Source: Elusimicrobiota bacterium
GTDB taxonomy: Bacteria > Elusimicrobiota > Elusimicrobia > JACQPE01
Length of the DNA stretch: 64,000 nucleotides
Reading direction: 5' to 3'
Assembly (NCBI GenBank): GCA_016180815.1
Contig: JACPAN010000004.1
Location: forward strand, 44,358 to 108,357
The translations under genes and the position numbers were made by a program. This document shows, piece after piece, positions 57,402-64,000 of the stretch. Numbering within the stretch: the first letter of the stretch is position 1; the number at the start of each line of letters is the position of its first letter. The notes under the pieces are model-generated. The model made no database searches. It saw nothing but the letters and a program-made list of their open reading frames with translations, and was not told where the DNA came from.

Positions 57402-57971
57402 TCAACCGGTAAACGGCAATATCCATTCGCCGTATTTCCCCGGCGAATAATTTTCTTTATACGAACTTTTTGAGGACCGGCGCGCGCGGATTGCCCAGAT
57501 GCCGGCCTTGCGGCACTCCTCCATATCCGAATCCGAATCCCCGATGAAACACAGATAACGGTGGCGCTTCATGACCAACGCCTTGTCACGGGTGAAGATG
57601 AAGCCGTCATGCAGCCAGTCCCACTTGGCGACCAGCTCATCGGCATCAACCGGCAAACGCACGGTGATGATGACGATGTCGAAACCAAACGCCTTGGCCA
57701 GCGCCATCCAGCACGTCACGCCCCAGCGGGGTTCTTCAAGGTGATGATTGCTGTTGACGATCTGCCAGAATTCAGGGCTCATGGGTTTGATGCCCTGCTC
57801 ATTGACGGCCGCGAATGCTTTGCTGAACGCGGGCGTGGAAAACGACAATGTGTCGTCGTAATCGAGCCCGATTTTGATATTAAATCCCGCCACCAAAAAA
57901 TGAACGGCTGCGAATGCAACGAACACTCTAAGCGCCGTCGACGCCCACGAGGACGAGGGGGTCTCCGCCAT
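57402..57971 (-). CDS. Class B acid phosphatase-like HAD protein (AphA-like)
   Basis: DYDDTLSFSTP, FIGDSDSD, R..S.Y tail. Confidence 0.8.
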   Translation of the reverse strand: MAETPSSSWASTALRVFVAFAAVHFLVAGFNIKIGLDYDDTLSFSTPAFSKAFAAVNEQGIKPMSPEFWQIVNSNHHLEEPRWGVTCWMALAKAFGFDIVIITVRLPVDADELVAKWDWLHDGFIFTRDKALVMKRHRYLCFIGDSDSDMEECRKAGIWAIRARRSSKSSYKENYSPGKYGEWILPFTG

Positions 57972-57976
57972 CAGGC

Positions 57977-58780
57977 TTACAACAGCGCAGCCATGACGCC
58001 GGCGACGGCCAAAGCCACCCAAAAGTCACGGGCCGGCTTAAACGTTTCGTTGATCGCGGCGCGATTGGCCGAAACTTGAATATCGAAGCCCAATTCCTTG
58101 GATTCCACCCGCGCGGAAAAAAAACGCGCCATGACGGTTTTCAGCGGATCCGGGCTTGTTTTATGCGCCAGGAGCTTGCCTTGCCGGTCGCGCAGTTCCA
58201 AATCGAAACGATGGCCCAAAAGTTCCTGGGCGGTGGCGGTCGGGGGTTTTAAAAAATCCCATAAATTGACTCTGGCCAGGATGAAACCGCCTTCGCGGCC
58301 GTCCAAGGGATAGCTTAAATGAAACACGGGGATTTTATCGGGCCCGTATTCAAGCGGAGAAACCACGACCTGGCCCTTCTCGTGCGCCGCGAACAGCGGG
58401 CTGCTTTTCAACGACCCGTTCGACGCTTTTTCCGCGATGCCGTTGCTGGAGCGGATTAAGGTCAAGGAACCCTCACCGCTGGGAGCGATCAAGGAAATTT
58501 CCTCAAGCCATGGACTGACCCTGAGCAGGCTTCCCAAGGCCTTGGTCGCCTGAGGCCCGGACTGATTCGACCAGGCTCCCATCGCCTGGGCCGACATGGC
58601 CAGGTGCTCCTCGATCATGTTCAGGCGCAGCGTCAAAACTTTTTCCGTGAACACCGCCAATTCGTCGACGCGCCGGCGCAAGTCGATGATTTTCCAAGCC
58701 GTGCCCACGGCCAGGAGGCAGACGGCGACCAGTAGAAACCGTTTGATGCCGGTGAAAAACTTGACGATTTTTTCTTTCAC
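57977..58780 (-). CDS. Membrane protein with extracellular Cache-like domain
   Basis: Two TM helices flanking a periplasmic domain; no output domain. Confidence 0.55.
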   Translation of the reverse strand: MKEKIVKFFTGIKRFLLVAVCLLAVGTAWKIIDLRRRVDELAVFTEKVLTLRLNMIEEHLAMSAQAMGAWSNQSGPQATKALGSLLRVSPWLEEISLIAPSGEGSLTLIRSSNGIAEKASNGSLKSSPLFAAHEKGQVVVSPLEYGPDKIPVFHLSYPLDGREGGFILARVNLWDFLKPPTATAQELLGHRFDLELRDRQGKLLAHKTSPDPLKTVMARFFSARVESKELGFDIQVSANRAAINETFKPARDFWVALAVAGVMAALL

Positions 58781-60393
58781 TCGGATGCGATTCTCCCGTC
58801 CATGCCGGGGGCGACCGGGCTTTTCATGCGCACATATTCGACAAAAGCGTCGCGCAGCAAAACCCCGGAGTCCTTCTTGTTTTCACCCCGCAAAAAGGTG
58901 CCGTAGCCGTCGCCGCCGTCGGCTAAAAAACTGTTGGTGGCCACCAGGTAGCTTTTGGTAACCAGGATGGGCTTGCCGTCGATCCGGAGGTCCGTCAAAC
59001 GGTGGCCTTTGGGACGCCTGGGATCATAACGCAGGCGAAGCCCGGAAATCTGCATCTTCCCCTTATCGTCGGCCAGCGTTGCTTCCACGATTTCCTTGAT
59101 CTGGCCGCCGGTCAACTCCATGGTCACGATGGTATTGTCGAACGGCAAGGTTGCGTAAACTTGGCGCAGCGTAATGGCGCCGGCCGGGATCGGGGAACGG
59201 ATGCCGCCGGGGTTCTGCATCGCGATATCCGCCTTGGCGCGCAAACGCATGGCGTCGGCGATGGCGTTGCCCAACACCGATTCGCCGTCGCGGTTGGGGA
59301 ACAGATCGCTTTTAGCCTCGCCCACGACCGCGGCCAGCTTGGCGTCGACTTTATCCTTATATGGTTTTGCGATGGTTAATATTTCCGGATCCTCTCCGAC
59401 TTGATCGATCCAAAGATCGATGAGACGATGATCAAAGCGCTTTATTTTTTTGCCGCCGTCCAACGTCAACTCCAAACGCCCGACCGCGGAAAGGTACGAC
59501 CCGCTTTGGATGATGATGGTTTTGTGGCTTTCATCCTGATACGCCCGCTCCAAACGGGTATGGCTGTGCCCGCCCAAAATCACATCGATGCCGGGGACGT
59601 TTTTAGCCAGATATTTGTCATCCTCGAACTCCTCGCCCGCCTTGGCCCAGCCGATATGCGACAACACGATAACCAGGTCGCAGCCTTGTTTTTTGAGCTC
59701 GGCGACCAAATCCTTGGCGACATTGACGGGCCTGGGAAATTTGAGCTTGCGAACATGCTTCGGCAGGGTCACGGTCGGCGTCGCCGGCGTGATCAAACCG
59801 ATGAGACCCACTTTGAGCCCGGCCACATCGCGGATCACATAAGGCGTGGCGTATTCGGGCCGTTCTTGCGGCGCGGCCCTGGTTTCCCCAGCCGCTGCCG
59901 CGGCGGCGGCCGCAGCGGCGGCGGACGGACCGCTTTTTTTGGAGAGGCGATTTAAAATATTGGCCCCCAATAAAGGAAATTTGACTTTTTTGGCGATCTC
60001 CCCCAAACGTTTTTCTCCCATATCAAACTCATGATTGCCGATGGCGCCGGCGGCAAAACCCAAAGCGTTGGCCAGGGTTACGACGCTTTCCCCCATCGTT
60101 AAATTGCCCTCCGGCGAAGCAAAAAAGAGATCGCCGGAATCAAGCAGAAGGCGCGGGTGTTTCTCTTTTTTGACGACTGCAGCCAACGCCGCGAAACCCC
60201 CGATCAAGCGCTTGGGATTTTCCTTATGGAAGGTCGCCTCGCGGGCGGAAATATACCCATGAATATCATTGGTATGGTAAATGACCAATGTCTGGTCGGC
60301 GAAAACGCCGGAAGAAAATAAACAAATAGAAATAAAAGCGGCGGCAACGGCCGGCGAGGACCGTTGATTCCACGCCCGTTGTTTTTTGCTCAT
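58777..60393 (-). CDS. Bifunctional UDP-sugar hydrolase/5'-nucleotidase (UshA-like)
   Basis: HTNDIHG, LDSGD, GNHEFD, LSHIG, GGHSH, NPGGIR, LPFDN, GGDGY. Confidence 0.95.
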   Translation of the reverse strand: MSKKQRAWNQRSSPAVAAAFISICLFSSGVFADQTLVIYHTNDIHGYISAREATFHKENPKRLIGGFAALAAVVKKEKHPRLLLDSGDLFFASPEGNLTMGESVVTLANALGFAAGAIGNHEFDMGEKRLGEIAKKVKFPLLGANILNRLSKKSGPSAAAAAAAAAAAGETRAAPQERPEYATPYVIRDVAGLKVGLIGLITPATPTVTLPKHVRKLKFPRPVNVAKDLVAELKKQGCDLVIVLSHIGWAKAGEEFEDDKYLAKNVPGIDVILGGHSHTRLERAYQDESHKTIIIQSGSYLSAVGRLELTLDGGKKIKRFDHRLIDLWIDQVGEDPEILTIAKPYKDKVDAKLAAVVGEAKSDLFPNRDGESVLGNAIADAMRLRAKADIAMQNPGGIRSPIPAGAITLRQVYATLPFDNTIVTMELTGGQIKEIVEATLADDKGKMQISGLRLRYDPRRPKGHRLTDLRIDGKPILVTKSYLVATNSFLADGGDGYGTFLRGENKKDSGVLLRDAFVEYVRMKSPVAPGMDGRIASE

Positions 60394-60417
60394 CGTGTTC
60401 TCCTTCAATTAATTTCC

Positions 60418-61032
60418 TTATGCTGATTTCACCAAAATATCGCCCAGGATGTTGGCCGCCTGATCCATCCGGTCCGCGGCGTTGGACAAATGCCGGTAGA
60501 TTTCCCTGGTTTTCAAAATCGAAATCACGTCCGTCGACTCAAAAAGCTCGCGCAAGGCCCGGCGATAAATTTTCTCGGTAAAATTTTCCAGTTTTTTAAC
60601 CTTGATCAAAAGCTCGGCGATAGCCTCGCCCCGGCGGCGCAACTCGGGCAACAGGCTCACCGCTTCGACTAAAAGCCGGGCGCCGTTTTCGAGGGCCACG
60701 GCCATTTCCCTCAAGTGAGGGGTCGGGGCTACTTCGAAAACCGTCATTTCCGCGACCGTGGACCTGGCATAATCAGCCATATCGTCCAAGGCGCGGGAAA
60801 ATTCGTACAGATCCGCTCGATCGATCGGCGTGACGAACGAGGCGTTCAACGCATTGACGAGATCGGTTCTTTTAAGATCCGCTTCCTTCTCCAGAAGCTT
60901 CACCTTCTCGCGCATGTCCTTGCCGGGCTGATCCATGAACACGACCAGCGCTTCCAGGGTTTCCCGGCTTTTCTTAGCCTGCTCGGACAGCAGGTGGTAA
61001 AAATTAAAACGTTTCCGGAAAATCCAAAACAT
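60418..61032 (-). CDS. DUF47 / PhoU-like phosphate transport regulator
   Basis: EKEAD, FVTPIDRAD, LDDMAD, REIYRHL; TGATG overlap with PiT gene. Confidence 0.9.
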   Translation of the reverse strand: MFWIFRKRFNFYHLLSEQAKKSRETLEALVVFMDQPGKDMREKVKLLEKEADLKRTDLVNALNASFVTPIDRADLYEFSRALDDMADYARSTVAEMTVFEVAPTPHLREMAVALENGARLLVEAVSLLPELRRRGEAIAELLIKVKKLENFTEKIYRRALRELFESTDVISILKTREIYRHLSNAADRMDQAANILGDILVKSA

Positions 61033-62018
61033 CAGCTTAAGATCGTTGCGGTGATATAACCCAAGACCAGGCAAGCCGGAAGGGTTACGACCCAAGATAG
61101 CAAAATCTCACCGACCACAAGCCAGCGCACGGCTTTGGGATTTTGAGAGGCGCCGGCGCCGAGCATGGAGCCGACTAGAATTTGGGTCGAGGACACCGGA
61201 AACCCCAACGCCGTGCAGGCGCCGAGCGTCCCTGCGCCCACGATGCTGGCGCCGAACGCCTGAAGGGGCTGGATGGAAAAAATTCGCAAGCCCAAGGTTC
61301 TTAAAATTCTGTTTTCACCGAAGAGCACGCCCAGGCTGATCGCCGCCGCGAAAATGAAAGGCGCGTATTGTTCGATAGCCGCGGCCCAGGCATCGAGCGG
61401 CCGCACGCCTAACGCCAGCAAAAAAAGGCCCAGGCTCTTGGGCATGTCGTTGGCGCCGTGAAGAAGGGCCATGAGACTCCCTAAAAAACCGTTGGCCGCA
61501 GGCACGGTGGCCCAGCCGAGATCGCGAGGAATGTGTAATTGATGCAAACCGGCGGTCAATAAATACCCGAGCGTGCCGCCGGCGATCGCGCTCGCCACTA
61601 AAACGACGAACAGCTTGCCCATAGCCAACAACAACACGCCTCCGGACGAGCCCAAGGCCAGCGCAGCGCCGGTCATGGCTCCGAAAAGGGCGTGCGTGGA
61701 TGAGGAAGGGAATCCCAAATACCAGGTCGCCATATTGAACACAAGAGCCACGAGAAGGCCGGTCAGGGCGAACATCTGGATTTCACCGGCCGCCGCAGGT
61801 GAAATCCAATAGCCGGAAATATTTGCAAAGGACATGGTCTTGAGCACCATCGAGGAAAAGAAAACCGCTCCTAAAAATTCCATCGCGCTGGTGAGGATGA
61901 GGGCGGTAACGGGACGAATGCTCCGGGAAGACGACAATTGGGCCAAGATGACCGGGGCATCATGAAGGCCGTTATAGAAAGCGTAAGCGAGAGCGACAAT
62001 TAAAATAATCGCGATCAC
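61032..62018 (-). CDS. PiT family inorganic phosphate transporter
   Basis: NGLHD, GFPSSSTHAL, HGANDMPK, PVSSTQ, SWVVTLP. Confidence 0.9.
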   Translation of the reverse strand: MIAIILIVALAYAFYNGLHDAPVILAQLSSSRSIRPVTALILTSAMEFLGAVFFSSMVLKTMSFANISGYWISPAAAGEIQMFALTGLLVALVFNMATWYLGFPSSSTHALFGAMTGAALALGSSGGVLLLAMGKLFVVLVASAIAGGTLGYLLTAGLHQLHIPRDLGWATVPAANGFLGSLMALLHGANDMPKSLGLFLLALGVRPLDAWAAAIEQYAPFIFAAAISLGVLFGENRILRTLGLRIFSIQPLQAFGASIVGAGTLGACTALGFPVSSTQILVGSMLGAGASQNPKAVRWLVVGEILLSWVVTLPACLVLGYITATILS

Positions 62019-62129
62019 AGAAAAAGACCCACTTATCCCTAGGCCTTTGGGACCTCGAAAAAAACCCTAAAGACCCTACTCAACATTGCGGCCAATGCCT
62101 AAAATAGCATAAATCGAATTTTTACCGAG

Positions 62130-62570
62130 ATGATGGAAAACGCGCTGGACAGTATTCTAATGCACGCCCGAGCAAAAATCGGGTCCTTAATGCTCCTTGA
62201 TCCGAAATCCCGGTTCCTGCGCATCGTCGCCGCGCGAGGATTCTCCAAGGACGTGATGGACCATGTCAAAAAATTGACGCTGGCGCCGGGGCAAGGCATC
62301 GCCGGGCATGTTTACCAAACGGGCGAACCCTATTACCTCAGGGACCCGCGCAAGGATCCACTGTTCGTCCACCAAAACATCACACTGGGCGGCAATTTTC
62401 AATTCCTTTCGCTTCCGATCAGGGACGGACAAGGCGCGGTGATCGGCGTCTTGAACATTCACTTCCCGACGGAATTGGTCCTTGGCCCCGAAGACCTCGA
62501 TTATATCTGCCGCTTAGCCGGCAGCTTGACGAACCGGCTTCTGGCGCCCGCGGCTCCATTGCCCTGCTGA
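62130..62570 (+). CDS. Stand-alone GAF domain protein
   Basis: GSLMLLD, GQGIAGHVYQTGEP, LSLPI...IGVLNI. Confidence 0.85.
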   Translation: MMENALDSILMHARAKIGSLMLLDPKSRFLRIVAARGFSKDVMDHVKKLTLAPGQGIAGHVYQTGEPYYLRDPRKDPLFVHQNITLGGNFQFLSLPIRDGQGAVIGVLNIHFPTELVLGPEDLDYICRLAGSLTNRLLAPAAPLPC

Positions 62571-63274
62571 CTCACGCGACCGGACAAGTCTTCGTCGTCG
62601 CCACGCCCATCGGCCATCTCCAAGACATCACGCTGCGCGCGCTCGATGTTTTACGCTCCGTGGATCTCATCCTATGCGAGGATACGCGCGTCACCAGGAA
62701 ACTTCTATCCGCCCACGGCATCGAGGGTAAAACGCTTATGCGCCTCAACGAACATTCGCCGGCGGCCATCGATCGCTTGATTGAAACGATGGCCGGCAAA
62801 ACGATCGCCTTGGTATCGGACAGCGGCACCCCCGGCATTTCGGACCCGGGAGCGCGTTTCATCGAGCGTCTGAGCCGTTGCGCTCAATTTAAAATTATCC
62901 CCATCCCCGGACCTTCGGCCGCAGCCGCCATCATGAGCGCGTCGGGGCTGGGCCGCGACGGTTTCGTCTTTTTGGGATTTCTTCCAAGAGCGCCCAGAAA
63001 AATCCGAAAACAACTCGCGGCTTGCCGCAGCGACCGCAAAGCCGTCGTTTTTTACGAATCCCCCCACCGCCTGACGGCCACAATCGGCTTAATCGCCGAA
63101 GCCTGGCCTCAATCGCAATTAGTCATCGGCCGCGAACTGACGAAAGAGTATGAAGAAATCATCCGCGGCCGGGCCGCCGATGTCGGGCGCGCGCTTGAAC
63201 ACAAAGGTAAAATCCTGGGAGAAATCACCGTAGTCTGGGAACATGGCGGCAAAACTCAAAACTCTTCCGCATGA
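62567..63274 (+). CDS. rsmI: 16S rRNA (cytidine1402-2'-O)-methyltransferase
   Basis: In-frame GQVFVVATPIGHLQDITLRAL upstream of GTG 62660, then CEDTR, VSDSGTPGISDPG, PGPSA, YESPHR, RELTK; start proposed at CTG 62567. Confidence 0.9.
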   Translation: MTHATGQVFVVATPIGHLQDITLRALDVLRSVDLILCEDTRVTRKLLSAHGIEGKTLMRLNEHSPAAIDRLIETMAGKTIALVSDSGTPGISDPGARFIERLSRCAQFKIIPIPGPSAAAAIMSASGLGRDGFVFLGFLPRAPRKIRKQLAACRSDRKAVVFYESPHRLTATIGLIAEAWPQSQLVIGRELTKEYEEIIRGRAADVGRALEHKGKILGEITVVWEHGGKTQNSSA

Positions 63275-63869
63275 AATCAAGCAAATAGCCGGGGCTCTGC
63301 GCCGGGGTTATTTGGTCATTTTCCCGACGGAAACGGTTTATGCCCTGGCGGCCGACGGCCTCGATGCCGGCGCGAAGCGCCGCATTTATCTGGCCAAAGG
63401 ACGCGCGTTCGACAAACCGCTGCAGCTTCTTTTGCCTGATGCCGCGTTGATCGCGCGTTATATCGATCGACGGTCGCTGAAAAAACCGCTGCACCGCCTC
63501 GCCAAACGCCTGTGGCCCGGACCGCTGACCGTCGTTTTTAAAGCGAACGCTCTGGGCCGACGCCTCTCAGGCGGCCCGACCATCGGCATCCGCGTCCCCG
63601 ATCATGCCTTGGCCCGAACGATTCTTCGCCTGTGCAAAAGGCCGGTGCTGGCCACCAGCGCCAACCGATCGGGAGGTCCGGAACCCGTGCGCTTGCGCGA
63701 CATTCCCGCGATGGTTAAAAAAGCGGCAAAATATATCGCAGTGGAACCTGAACAAATACGGCGGAGGAACCCCTCGACGGTGCTTGACGCATCCGTGTCG
63801 CCGCCGCGTATTTTGCGCGAGGGAGCGATCACTCAACAAAAAATCGAACGGCTGCTGAACCGTCAATGA
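63243..63869 (+). CDS. tsaC: L-threonylcarbamoyladenylate synthase (TsaC/Sua5)
   Basis: FPTETVYAL, KGR...KPL, WPGPLT, IRVPDH, TSANRSG, STVLD, LREGAI. Confidence 0.95.
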   Translation: MAAKLKTLPHEIKQIAGALRRGYLVIFPTETVYALAADGLDAGAKRRIYLAKGRAFDKPLQLLLPDAALIARYIDRRSLKKPLHRLAKRLWPGPLTVVFKANALGRRLSGGPTIGIRVPDHALARTILRLCKRPVLATSANRSGGPEPVRLRDIPAMVKKAAKYIAVEPEQIRRRNPSTVLDASVSPPRILREGAITQQKIERLLNRQ

Positions 63870-64000
63870 AATTTCTCTTCGTCTGCACGGGCAACACTTG
63901 CCGCAGCGTGATGGCGGAGCATTTGCTTAAAAAAATGCGCGGCGGCAGGGATATTGAAACCGCTTCAGCCGGCATTTACGCCAATCCTCAATTCCCCATC
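63866..64000 (+). CDS. Low-molecular-weight protein Tyr/Arg phosphatase (partial)
   Basis: MKFLFVCTGNTCRSVMAE...SAG P-loop; ATGA overlap with tsaC. Confidence 0.9.
   Translation, partial: MKFLFVCTGNTCRSVMAEHLLKKMRGGRDIETASAGIYANPQFPI

Noticed and set aside
1..64000. CRISPR array, rRNA, prophage structural genes, integrase or transposase ORFs
   Set aside because: None recognised in the sequence or the ORF track.

Overview
GC-rich bacterial chromosomal window. The many prepilin-like genes, OmpA/TPR proteins and O-antigen-ligase-TPR fusions suggest Elusimicrobiota; this is an inference, not checked. Core content: a minus-strand type IV pilus minor-pilin/PilM block preceded by two O-antigen-ligase-like TPR genes, FBP aldolase/phosphatase, metG, tyrS, ddl, mnmA, acnA, tpiA, nth, pduL, tldD, a phosphate-scavenging operon, rsmI-tsaC-LMW phosphatase, and three tRNAs (Thr-CGT, Val-TAC, Glu-TTC). 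Two AT-rich accessory cassettes stand out. (1) A ~4.3 kb insert with two GT-C-type glycosyltransferase-TPR genes, bounded by a 98-bp duplication of the tRNA-Thr 5' half plus its upstream region that ends exactly at the anticodon loop. (2) A ~1.75 kb cassette beside tRNA-Glu, bounded by 17-bp repeats, containing a sigma70 promoter, a ~120-nt RNA with a predicted pseudoknot, an intrinsic terminator and a BECR-like RNase ORF. This is a candidate new RNA-antitoxin (type III-like) toxin-antitoxin or anti-phage system and is the top finding. Also noted: a recurring GGGNC-N4-GNCCC palindrome upstream of secreted-protein genes, an IS-end-like repeat, and a probable CTG start for rsmI. All protein calls come from motif recognition by eye; no searches were run.
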